Shown here one piece after another: positions 9,714-18,945 of a stretch of 64,000 nucleotides of DNA; position 1 is the stretch's first letter; the number at the start of each line of letters is the position of its first letter. The notes below the pieces were generated by a model that was given only the letters and a program-made list of their open reading frames with translations, ran no database searches and had not been told where the DNA came from. This DNA comes from Candidatus Obscuribacterales bacterium. Lineage in GTDB: Bacteria; Cyanobacteriota; Vampirovibrionia; Obscuribacterales; Obscuribacteraceae. The DNA lies in the NCBI GenBank assembly GCA_965228855.1, contig CBDDIJ010000003.1, forward strand, positions 1,408,001 to 1,472,000, given 5' to 3'. Made by a program: the position numbers and the translations under genes.

Positions 9714-10370
9714 ATGACGGAGATTACTGAGACAACGTGGGAAGAGTTTGTTCTCAAGGCTCAAAGGGCTGCTGAAGATGGTGACTATAAGGCTGCTGAG
9801 GGTTTTCTCAATGACGCGAAAGTCCTCTCCGAAGGTTTGGCTGACAACGATAAACGCCGTTTTTTGATTCTCGAGATGCTGGCGGACTTGATGGAGCGCG
9901 AAGAGCGAACCGACGACGCAGAGAAGTATCTGCTGGCAGCCGTGGAATGTCGGAAGACTCGATACGGCCCTTTTCACTACCGATATGCTGAGGGAGTGCA
10001 GCGTCTCTCGTCGTTCTACTTCGAGAATGACAGATTCGAAGAGTCGGAAAAACTGACACGCGATGTTCTAAAAATCATGGAAAAAGCTTACGGTCCGACC
10101 AGCGAAGAGGTCGGGCACATTGCCGGACAGTTGGCTGACACAATTCACGAACTCGGCAACCACCAGGATGCCGAGGAGCTTTATAAGCGCGCTATCGGAA
10201 TCAGGCGTCACGCTTCCGGTTCGACAGATTCGGAATCAGTGTATCTGATTCAACGCTATGCAGCCCTGCTGGAAGAAACCGGTCGTGCAGACGAAGCGGC
10301 GCATATGCGTGCTTCCGCGCAGGGTAAGATCTCCGGCATCCTCAGAAAGTTAAAGCCTGCCGGAGACTAG
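9714..10370 (+). CDS. Tetratricopeptide repeat protein (TPR_10/12-like)
   Basis: Repeats such as LADTIHELGNHQDAEELYKRAIGIR and YAALLEETGRADEAA. GGAGAG RBS. Confidence 0.8.
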   Translation: MTEITETTWEEFVLKAQRAAEDGDYKAAEGFLNDAKVLSEGLADNDKRRFLILEMLADLMEREERTDDAEKYLLAAVECRKTRYGPFHYRYAEGVQRLSSFYFENDRFEESEKLTRDVLKIMEKAYGPTSEEVGHIAGQLADTIHELGNHQDAEELYKRAIGIRRHASGSTDSESVYLIQRYAALLEETGRADEAAHMRASAQGKISGILRKLKPAGD

Positions 10371-10396
10371 CTTACAATCCGCTGTCTAGTGTGGTG

Positions 10397-10867
10397 TTAA
10401 ACAGCAACCGGCATCGCAAATGGTGCAGGCACGTCTTGCTTCTCTTTCACAGTGGAACACATTTCTGTTGCGTTAACGTGCCGAAAATGTCCGGCTCCGA
10501 AATGCTTCAGTTGTTGTGACTCGTAGTATTCAAGCATGATCTGAGCTTCTTTCTGTTTATCCAAAGTGAGATAAAACATTCCGAGCTGTATTGCCGCTTG
10601 CGCAGCATTCAAATTTAGACCGAGCGATCTGAATATTCTGATCGACTCTGCGAAGTAGAATTCCGTATCTTGAATGTTGTTTAAACGAAAGTGGCAGCGA
10701 CCAAGAATATCGGCGACTGCTGCGGCTTTGCAGCGGTCAGCCGGGTTCGAGCTGTTCTTTTTTTCATTGAAATAATTCGAGAGCCGGTCGGCGGCTAAAC
10801 GTTTTTCAAATTCGGTTTCTGCTTTGGAATAGTAACTGTAGTGCTCATAGAGTTCTGATGTAGGCAT
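10397..10867 (-). CDS. Small TPR-like protein
   Basis: ATG 10867 with AGGAG RBS. LGRCHFRLNNIQDTEFYFAESIRIF and LGMFYLTLDKQKEAQ are TPR-like helices. Confidence 0.6.
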   Translation of the reverse strand: MPTSELYEHYSYYSKAETEFEKRLAADRLSNYFNEKKNSSNPADRCKAAAVADILGRCHFRLNNIQDTEFYFAESIRIFRSLGLNLNAAQAAIQLGMFYLTLDKQKEAQIMLEYYESQQLKHFGAGHFRHVNATEMCSTVKEKQDVPAPFAMPVAV

Positions 10868-11284
10868 CGGTGCAGCTCCTGCTGAGTTAGACAAGAAGGC
10901 TGCTACAAGTTGGATTATGCCGAAGGCATAATCTTGTTTAGTAGCACAACGAAGGAAACATCGGGCATGGCATGATGCCACATACGGTGCTTCAGTACAT
11001 CACAGATGGCTGGCGCCATATGTGGTGCGTTGTAACCGAGCAAAACCGCGATTGCGGTTTATGTATCTAGTAATTGTTTCTGATTTAGGGGATGGGGCTC
11101 GGTGCCGCAGCGAAGGGATCTATCGACGGCAACTCAAATCCTAGGGGAAGTCAGGCTTGATGTCAAGTGAAATCACGTCCGCACAGTCGCGGCTTTCGCC
11201 TACCCATCCAGTGTTTGTAGCCAAAACTGTACAATGTGAAAGTCGGCTATGCTTTGCACGGGCTGACATTCGGAGGATTCAAAC

Positions 11285-12217
11285 TTGCCAATTTCTTTCC
11301 AGTCTCAACGTGTCAGTTTCCTCTCGTCGTTTTTTGTTCTCTGCGTTTTCTGTGCTCCGGCCAGCGCGCTTGAAGATTTTCAGAGTGCCACCAAATCCGG
11401 TCTTGCGGCGATGGACAACGGACAGTATGGAGAAGCCGAAAAACAGTTCAAGAAGGCTTTGCTTTATTCCGGTTCCGGTCCTAAGTATGGCGATTACTCG
11501 ACAGGACTTTTGAATCTCGGCAATCTTTTTGCTAAACAAAAACAATTCAGCATGGCCGAGAATTATTACCATGAGGCCCTTCAAAATTACCAGAAAGCAT
11601 TTGGTCCCAGCAGCATGGAGGGCGCAAATGTCGACGAGGCGCTCGGCGATATGTATCGCAAAGCGGGGAAATTCGAAGCCGCGATTCCGCACTATCAGAA
11701 AGCTAAAGCAGTCCGCACGAATAGTGCGAAAGACCATCCCCTGTTGGCGGAGACTCTCGCTGGATTGGCAGAGTGCAAAGCCAAGACTGGTAAGAAGGAT
11801 GAAGCGATCCAACTCATGCAGAATGTCGTGTCAATCCGCGAAAAGGCTTTTGGTAGATTGAACGGAAAGGTCCTGCAAAGCAGATATGCGCTAGCACGTC
11901 TTTATGACGATATGAATAAACAAGACCTTGCAATGGCAGCTTACGAGAGGTTGATCGCGGACGCGACAAATAACGTTCAAAAAGCTTGTCCTTCGATGGA
12001 ACGTCTGGCTGTGCTGTATTCCATCAATGGTCGATATGGGGAAGCTGACGAGATGTTTAAAAAACTGCTGGCGTTGCGCGAACAACGTCCGGGAAAAGCT
12101 AATGCCGATTTGAATCAATGCGTGAAACTCTATTCGGAGTTTTTAACGAAACGCAAACGGCCGGCCGAAGCAAAAGCGCTCGAATCGCGCTTTGCCGCAA
12201 AGAAGACTGCAAAATAG
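11285..12217 (+). CDS. Secreted TPR protein
   Basis: Signal peptide ending PASA; about 6 repeats of the LNLGNLFAKQKQFSMAENYYHEAL type. Confidence 0.8.
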   Translation: MPISFQSQRVSFLSSFFVLCVFCAPASALEDFQSATKSGLAAMDNGQYGEAEKQFKKALLYSGSGPKYGDYSTGLLNLGNLFAKQKQFSMAENYYHEALQNYQKAFGPSSMEGANVDEALGDMYRKAGKFEAAIPHYQKAKAVRTNSAKDHPLLAETLAGLAECKAKTGKKDEAIQLMQNVVSIREKAFGRLNGKVLQSRYALARLYDDMNKQDLAMAAYERLIADATNNVQKACPSMERLAVLYSINGRYGEADEMFKKLLALREQRPGKANADLNQCVKLYSEFLTKRKRPAEAKALESRFAAKKTAK

Positions 12218-12228
12218 TTTTCCTGGAT

Positions 12229-12861
12229 TTAGTGACCTTTCATCAAGAAAAATGCAGCACCAGCAATGATCAATAAAACGATCACGATCATGGCAAGATT
12301 CGTCACCGCTCTCGATTCGATTTCTTTGGAATCGGTCACCAATCGCTTCATCGAACGAACATCCGTTGCCGGTCCTGAATCGATGCTCGCTAATGCCTTC
12401 TCCTTTTCCTTCTCTGCCTTCTGGTGCTCCAGCATCTCTCGCATTTTGACGCGATCTGCTTCGAGCTTCTCTCTGGCTTCCTGTTGAGCGATTGCCCTCG
12501 TTTTAATTCTATTCACAACGTCAGGCAACTGGTCATTCCAGGTTTGAGCATCCAGAAAGTCTACTGCGCCCATCTGCATTGAGGTTTTAACCAGAGAGGC
12601 GTCCAGGTTCTCGTTACTCACCAGGCAATAAACATCGGGAAATTGCTCCTTGAGACCGCCGAGCAGTTTAATCCCCTGCTCCGGTGCCGGTGTCAGGTCA
12701 ATCCACACCAGTGACGGATTGGTTTCTCTAATCTTTTCAACTGTTTGGTTCATCGTCGCGCTGCCTGCGAGCGATAAGTCTGCATTAGACGCCACCAGGG
12801 CTTCAATTTGGGAAAGCTTATCCGCGCCTGCTTCGCAGACTACAAGTGTTTGTAGGGTCAA
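12229..12861 (-). CDS. Receiver-like domain (CpaE/TadZ N-terminal type) + coiled coil + C-terminal TM anchor
   Basis: PSLVWIDL...SMQMGAVDFL receiver fold; charged helix; hydrophobic C-terminal helix. TTG start 12861 after GGAG. Confidence 0.6.
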   Translation of the reverse strand: MTLQTLVVCEAGADKLSQIEALVASNADLSLAGSATMNQTVEKIRETNPSLVWIDLTPAPEQGIKLLGGLKEQFPDVYCLVSNENLDASLVKTSMQMGAVDFLDAQTWNDQLPDVVNRIKTRAIAQQEAREKLEADRVKMREMLEHQKAEKEKEKALASIDSGPATDVRSMKRLVTDSKEIESRAVTNLAMIVIVLLIIAGAAFFLMKGH

Positions 12862-12980
12862 TGTGCGTACTCCAGGAGGTCCCAATCAATTTTATATCAT
12901 CCTGAACTCTTGATACGAGGCTTTCAACTAAAGATCCGACGATCACCCGGGGTACAATCTTTTGCAGAAGGATTCCGAAT

Positions 12981-14879
12981 TTGTACGAACAGAAGACCAT
13001 AAACAAGGAATTCATCGATGAAGTTATCGATGTTTTGCGCGAAGGGCGAAAGCTCAGGCGTCGTCTGCCCTCGTGGGGACAAATCCTGATCGAGCAGCAG
13101 TTGCCGTATCTCTGTGTTTATCGCCAGCCGCCCTCGAACGAGGACTGGGGGACGGATCAGTTGGCGACTAGCACGGCAGCTTTTCTGGTGACTTCTTCCA
13201 AGAAAAAGGACTACGAAGGGGTCAGCACTCTCGTCAGCAAGGTTGCTCAAGAGCTCACTGCATGTTTCGGAACGTTTCTAATCGTTGAAATCTGGAGCGG
13301 TCCAGAGGTTGAAACGACCGATCACAAACCGCTGGCAGACCCCTCCTTCAAAATCCAGTATCTCAAAGGTCAGCCGATTGGCTCATATCTTCAAGTTCTA
13401 TCTAAACAGTTATCGCAATCGAAGATTGACGACCAACCTGTCAAGGTTACTGTGGCACCAGTTGAAAAGGTCGGTCCGCCTGGCATGCGTCCGCTCGTTC
13501 AATCAGCTAAGGCGCTGGAAGCAGGGATTCACGTCATTGGAATCGAGGTCGCACCAATTTACCGCAATGGCGACAATAAGACATTTCCCGCCATCCTGAA
13601 GGAAGTCGAAGCCCGTGTAACAACTGTGCTTGAGAAAACGTTCTTCGAGTTTTTAAAGAAGGAAACGACCATTTGCCCGCCAAATTATATGGCTCTGGGG
13701 CGACGCAGCATCGTTCATTCCGTCTGGCAAATCGACCGGATAATTGCTGAGGTCGGCAATATCGTGGACTTTCTATTACTGGTCACGCCAACCAACTCAG
13801 ATGAGGCTTTTGCTGAGTTCAAGCGCAAGCAGTTTCAAAAAATGCCGAACTTCGTCTATCACCCGGCTCCTTTCGATCCAGTGACTTTGAAACGACAGCT
13901 GTATAAAGCGCCGGTTGAGCGTATTGAAGACCCTACCCTGGCGCAGCTCTTCCGCGACCAACAGTTGGACATAGACAGTCGAATCACAATGGTTGCTGAA
14001 CGTGGAAAAAAGCGTTTCCTATACTCAAGTTTGCAATTGTATGATGGCCCAAGTCCGGAGCTGGTCAAGCTTGCCGACCAGATCTTGAGAGAACTGCCCG
14101 AGCGAAGTAAAGGCGAATCAGTATCAAAGGTTTTGACAGCTGAAGAGTTTGCGCAGCGAGCCGAGACGGAACTCGCGTTCTACCGCTCACAGTGCCCGGA
14201 TCTCGCAAGTAGAGTCGAGGTGCGTGACGATGTCCCCGGTGTACTAGTATCGCAGGGAAACCTCTTAATCGGTCGAGAGCGAAAAATCTTTGAAGGCAGA
14301 GCCGAGGCGCTTCTCAGTCACGAAGTAGGAACGCACATTTTGACAAACTACAACGGTCACCTGCAACCTTTTAAACAGTTAAGTGCGGGCTTGCCGGGAT
14401 ACGATCAACTTCAGGAGTCGCTTGCTGTGCTCGCCGAGTACCTGGTTGGCGGCTTAAGCAATCGCAGAATGAGAACACTCGCTGCGCGCGTCATGGCTGT
14501 AAGTTGGTTGATCGACGGAGCGGATTTTATTGAAACTTTCAGACGGCTAACCACGGAATACGGCTTCCATGCCGACATTGCGTTTCCGATCACGATGCGC
14601 GTCTATCGTTCTGGTGGTTTCACAAAAGACGTTGTCTACCTCCGCGGACTTGTCGATCTCCTCAAAGAAATGAAGAACGGTCTTCAACTAGACTTACTGT
14701 TCATGGGCAAGTTCGGCATCGAACATTTACCAATCGTCCGCGAACTGATGTACAGAAAAATTTTGGTTCCCGCCAAAATGCGCCCATACTATTTAGAAAT
14801 TCCCGCTGCGCAAAAGCGTCTTGAGCGTGTTCGAAAAGGGCTTACCGTCCTCGATCTCGTAAAGGGACAAGCACAGTAG
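12981..14879 (+). CDS. DUF1704 / QEGLA-motif (MATCAP-related) putative zinc carboxypeptidase
   Basis: HEVGTH zinc motif, GYDQLQESLAV, RVYRSGGFTKDVVYLRGL, LFMGK. Confidence 0.85.
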   Translation: MYEQKTINKEFIDEVIDVLREGRKLRRRLPSWGQILIEQQLPYLCVYRQPPSNEDWGTDQLATSTAAFLVTSSKKKDYEGVSTLVSKVAQELTACFGTFLIVEIWSGPEVETTDHKPLADPSFKIQYLKGQPIGSYLQVLSKQLSQSKIDDQPVKVTVAPVEKVGPPGMRPLVQSAKALEAGIHVIGIEVAPIYRNGDNKTFPAILKEVEARVTTVLEKTFFEFLKKETTICPPNYMALGRRSIVHSVWQIDRIIAEVGNIVDFLLLVTPTNSDEAFAEFKRKQFQKMPNFVYHPAPFDPVTLKRQLYKAPVERIEDPTLAQLFRDQQLDIDSRITMVAERGKKRFLYSSLQLYDGPSPELVKLADQILRELPERSKGESVSKVLTAEEFAQRAETELAFYRSQCPDLASRVEVRDDVPGVLVSQGNLLIGRERKIFEGRAEALLSHEVGTHILTNYNGHLQPFKQLSAGLPGYDQLQESLAVLAEYLVGGLSNRRMRTLAARVMAVSWLIDGADFIETFRRLTTEYGFHADIAFPITMRVYRSGGFTKDVVYLRGLVDLLKEMKNGLQLDLLFMGKFGIEHLPIVRELMYRKILVPAKMRPYYLEIPAAQKRLERVRKGLTVLDLVKGQAQ

Positions 14880-14882
14880 TTT

Positions 14883-16298
14883 CTAATCGTCGAATTCGAT
14901 GGTGCGAGGGAGGAAGACGTCTTTAAACTTTGCGGTTTCTAAGTCGGCTTGCGCGTTGCCCTCTTGTTTCATTTTGTGGAAACAGTAGGCGCGGGCGAGG
15001 TAATAGTCGGCAACGTTTGGATTGTCCACAATAACGCCTTTCAGCTCTTGCATTGCGCTTCCCCAGCGACCTAACTGGATTTGAATTTTTGCCTTCTTGT
15101 AAGCAAAGTCAGGATTACTTTTGTGAGTGGCCAGAGCCTGGCAGGCAAATTCGTATGCTTTGCGTGGGTCTGCTTCGTTTGAGAAATACTGAACGTTCAG
15201 CTTCAGCACCGCATCCGGTGCCGGCAGTTTTTGCGCATATTCGGATGGTGGTCGTTGACCGCTGCCTGGTGTTTTCATTGCCACCATGGAGGTGACTGAC
15301 GCTGCCGGATGTGCTGAGCTTGCTCCGGAGCTAGCCGCTGAACTCGTACTGTCCGGTTCCAGATCAAAGACTATCGATTGAGGAATCGGCGAGGCGCTTG
15401 TCGGTTTTACCGCGAGAATCAACTCTTCGCCTTCCCATTTGCTTTTAAGAACGGGACTCTGGCGGTTCCCAGGATAATCTTGTCGAACTTCGTCCTGAAC
15501 GAGTTCATTGATTCGGCCAAAAGCATCCTCAATGGTTGTGTTTTGCCCTTTTGAACGCAGACCTTCCAGCAGGTTCCGCGTGAACACGCCGTTGTTATAT
15601 CGCTTCGATTCCCATGATTGTTGATCCGGTTCGCTTGAGCAAATTACCATCTGACCGTTTCCAATCGCGAGGGTGTCGGTGTCAAAATTACCGACTCTCG
15701 TGATGCCCTTGGAGTGCGGCGAAACACCGCCACTGTGACAAGCGTCCAACACAAGAAGAACTCGTTTCGCATCTACACGCTCTTTCAAGTCTCTGGTCAT
15801 TGACTGCATCTCGATGCCGGTCGCGAATAGTTCCGTAGGCTCTGTATCGTAAGCGACGATGAAATTCTTGCCCATCTTGTCCAATTGCGATGGACTGCCG
15901 TGGGTGGAGAAGAAAAGAACGATCATGTCGTCAGGTCGCGCCACTCGCCCCAAAAACATATTGTCCAATTCCGACAGGATTCGCCGTCTGGTCGCTTTCT
16001 CGTCGAGAATCAGACGAACGTGATCGGGCGCAAAATTCGCCTCTTTTACAAGATAATCGTAGAAATCACGAGCGTCCTTTGACGCAAATTTGAGTGCGGG
16101 TATTTCCGGATTGGCAAATTTACTGACTCCCACTACGATGGCCCATTTGTCATGGACAGGTTTATTCACCGTTGTCGACTGAGTCGCCGGTGTCTGTGCC
16201 TGAACGGGAGCCGGAACCGTCTGAGCGCGCACAGGCATCTGACCTGTTACTAACGCGGCGCACATTATCGCTATAGATGCAATTGTCGCTTTCATCAT
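14883..16298 (-). CDS. Secreted caspase-family (C14) peptidase with C-terminal TPRs
   Basis: KWAIVVGVS, ASKDARDF, catalytic FSTHG and LDACHSG, SWES/NGVFT, QSPV; signal peptide; TPR tail. Confidence 0.88.
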   Translation of the reverse strand: MMKATIASIAIMCAALVTGQMPVRAQTVPAPVQAQTPATQSTTVNKPVHDKWAIVVGVSKFANPEIPALKFASKDARDFYDYLVKEANFAPDHVRLILDEKATRRRILSELDNMFLGRVARPDDMIVLFFSTHGSPSQLDKMGKNFIVAYDTEPTELFATGIEMQSMTRDLKERVDAKRVLLVLDACHSGGVSPHSKGITRVGNFDTDTLAIGNGQMVICSSEPDQQSWESKRYNNGVFTRNLLEGLRSKGQNTTIEDAFGRINELVQDEVRQDYPGNRQSPVLKSKWEGEELILAVKPTSASPIPQSIVFDLEPDSTSSAASSGASSAHPAASVTSMVAMKTPGSGQRPPSEYAQKLPAPDAVLKLNVQYFSNEADPRKAYEFACQALATHKSNPDFAYKKAKIQIQLGRWGSAMQELKGVIVDNPNVADYYLARAYCFHKMKQEGNAQADLETAKFKDVFLPRTIEFDD

Positions 16299-16485
16299 TC
16301 CTTGCACTCGTGGAAGAGTCTGTGTTGCCTCTCGAATACAATTTGCCACTTGCGGAGCAAATTATCGCTTCAACCCGGATCTTTGATATATCTGACCTGA
16401 CCGGCTGAAATATTAGGCTGACTTTTAGTTTCGAGACTCTTTCCGTAGCTTCTTCCGATACGACATTGTCGCAGATCGACAACGT

Positions 16486-17421
16486 TTAGAGAGAAAAGAC
16501 CGCTTTGAAAAGATTCGCAGGCTGGTTCTGGTTGTCCGTGTCGGAAACGAGCAACAGCTCCAGCTCTTTACCTTCAATTCTGACCGAAACTCCCTCGAGC
16601 TTCTCGTGACCGAAAAATCGCTCCATCTTTTCGACTTCGCCAACTCTATTCAATATCCCGACAGCTGAGCCGAATGAGGCGCCGTCGTCAAATGCATTGG
16701 TAGAGTCTTCCGATGTTGCGAGAAACAGTGTGCGCCGATCCGGAAGTTGAACCGCATCAGTGAATTGAAGCGGCACATCTGCGATCGCACCTAGCTCATA
16801 CTCAGTCGTGTTAACGATGAAATCCGGCCTTATTGAGTGGGTGTCATGGAGGTCTTTGAGAAACTGTTTCGCGTTGGTTTCTATCACCGCGCTCTTAGAT
16901 TTGTCTTTTGAGCCCCGGTGGAAAAGTTTGACAGTTTCAGCTGTTACAACTACTCCTTCAACATTCAACTCCTCCACCAGGTCGGTTAGGGTTTGTCTGA
17001 TTGCGGTGAAGTCAATCGGCAATACCTGATCGGTCGGGCGCCTGTTTTCATCGAGCAGAAGCAGCATCCCGTTTACTCTGGTCTTGCGTGACATTGACGG
17101 CACCACCAGTAGTGCGCCGTTTGAAGCGTATTCGTAAGGTTCGATATAAGTGATTGACTCGAGATCCGGTTTAGCTTTCTTGCGCTGGTCGTAGTCGAGT
17201 GGTAATGAGCCGGACGCCAATCGGAGCCACTTTCCGGGCTCGGTGCTTTTTTCGTTAAAAATCGCCAGGTGCAACTCGTCATCCGCAACGATGTACAGCT
17301 GGTCATCGATACGCGCTAAGCCGCTCGCCGCATAAATATACTTTGGTCTGGAACTTGCTGTCGGCTCGATTTCCAGTTGCCGAAGCTTCTTGAGTTGGAT
17401 TGTCTCTTTCAGTTCGCTCAT
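16486..17421 (-). CDS. DUF6929/DUF3616-like beta-propeller protein
   Basis: AASGLA...IVADDE, KKAKPDLES, LNVEG, EKLEGV, VSDTD motifs. Confidence 0.6.
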   Translation of the reverse strand: MSELKETIQLKKLRQLEIEPTASSRPKYIYAASGLARIDDQLYIVADDELHLAIFNEKSTEPGKWLRLASGSLPLDYDQRKKAKPDLESITYIEPYEYASNGALLVVPSMSRKTRVNGMLLLLDENRRPTDQVLPIDFTAIRQTLTDLVEELNVEGVVVTAETVKLFHRGSKDKSKSAVIETNAKQFLKDLHDTHSIRPDFIVNTTEYELGAIADVPLQFTDAVQLPDRRTLFLATSEDSTNAFDDGASFGSAVGILNRVGEVEKMERFFGHEKLEGVSVRIEGKELELLLVSDTDNQNQPANLFKAVFSL

Positions 17422-17575
17422 CGGCAAATTATACCGCCGCATTATCTTCTGGTTTGACGGCAATGGAACAAAAGCGAAAGAAACCGGCAGGCAAAGTCCG
17501 AAAAAATGAACACGATCACGCGATACATTGATAGACTAGTCAAACTTCGTTCGGAAGAAACTCTTGGAGACGTCT

Positions 17576-18910
17576 ATGAAGCCGCGCCTCAATCTGTGGC
17601 AGATTTCGAACATGAATTTTGGTTTCCTGGGCATTCAGTTCGGCTGGGGCTTGCAGCTTGCCAACATGAGCGCCATCTACACGAAGCTCGGAGCTGATCC
17701 CGACAAAATTCCGATCTTGTGGCTCGCAGGTCCAGTCACCGGGTTACTGGTACAGCCAATTATCGGCGCTATGAGCGATCGTACATGGAATAAGCTTGGC
17801 CGTCGTCGCCCTTATTTCCTTACTGGAGCCATTCTGTCGAGCCTTGCTTTGTGCATCATGCCGGATTCTCCTTATCTCTGGTGCGCGGCCAGTCTACTCT
17901 GGATTCTTGACGCGTCGATCAATATATCGATGGAACCGTTTCGAGCCTTCGTTGCCGATAAACTGAATGCAGAACAGCGAACCCTTGGTTTCATCATGCA
18001 GAGCTTCTTTATTGGCATCGGTGCCACCATGGCTAATGCGCTGCCTCGAATCTTCCGTGAATTGGGAGTCTCCGGTATTTCTGCAAACGGAATTCCTCTT
18101 ACTGTGCAGTATTCATTCAGAATCGGTGCCGCAATGTTTCTGCTTTGCGTTCTCTGGACAGTCTTCACCACATCCGAATATCCTCCGGAAGATATGGACG
18201 AGTTTAATCGCAAGCGCGCAGAGAACCCCGGTCCGATGGGGCTGTTGAAGGAGGTCTTTGCAGAAATTCCTCACGCTATCACGCACATGCCAGTTACGAT
18301 GAAACAGCTGGCGCCTGTTCAAATCTTCACATGGCTTGGATTGTTTTGCATGTGGCTTTATTTTGGATTGATGTGCGCATACCACGTATTCCAGGCGCCA
18401 TCAGTAAAATCCGAGTTGTTTGATCGCGGAGTGGAGTGGGCGGGGTGGTGTTTTGCAGTTTACTCAATCGTCTGTTTTCTTGTTGCATTTTTACTGCCGA
18501 AAGTTGCAGGCGCGACCAGTCGCAAGCTCGTACACGGAGTTTCGCTTGCCCTGGGCGGTTTGAGCCTGCTTTCGATCTATTGGATAACTGATCCGAATGT
18601 TCTACAGTGGACTATGCTCGGCGTTGGAATTGCCTGGGCATCGATTCTTTCAATGCCATATGCGATGTTGTCTTCCGCTCTTCCTCAAAGCAAGATGGGC
18701 ATCTACATGGGCGTGTTCAATTTCTTTATCGTCATCCCCGAGATACTGGCATCGGTCGCACTCCAACCCCTTGTGAAAAATGTTTTTCAAAACAATCCTC
18801 TTTATGTCGTCATGCTTGGTGGGGCATCGCTGCTGGTGGCAGCCCTATTTGTGATTGGCGTAGAAGACTCGAGCGGCTCCGAGCCAGGTGCTTTGCCTGC
18901 TGGGCATTGA
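17576..18910 (+). CDS. MFS sugar transporter (maltose/sucrose-type GPH family)
   Basis: [67 protein letters not shown]. Confidence 0.9.
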   Translation: MKPRLNLWQISNMNFGFLGIQFGWGLQLANMSAIYTKLGADPDKIPILWLAGPVTGLLVQPIIGAMSDRTWNKLGRRRPYFLTGAILSSLALCIMPDSPYLWCAASLLWILDASINISMEPFRAFVADKLNAEQRTLGFIMQSFFIGIGATMANALPRIFRELGVSGISANGIPLTVQYSFRIGAAMFLLCVLWTVFTTSEYPPEDMDEFNRKRAENPGPMGLLKEVFAEIPHAITHMPVTMKQLAPVQIFTWLGLFCMWLYFGLMCAYHVFQAPSVKSELFDRGVEWAGWCFAVYSIVCFLVAFLLPKVAGATSRKLVHGVSLALGGLSLLSIYWITDPNVLQWTMLGVGIAWASILSMPYAMLSSALPQSKMGIYMGVFNFFIVIPEILASVALQPLVKNVFQNNPLYVVMLGGASLLVAALFVIGVEDSSGSEPGALPAGH

Positions 18911-18945
18911 GGCAAAAGGGTAGATCGCCGGCAGTCTCGGCAACT

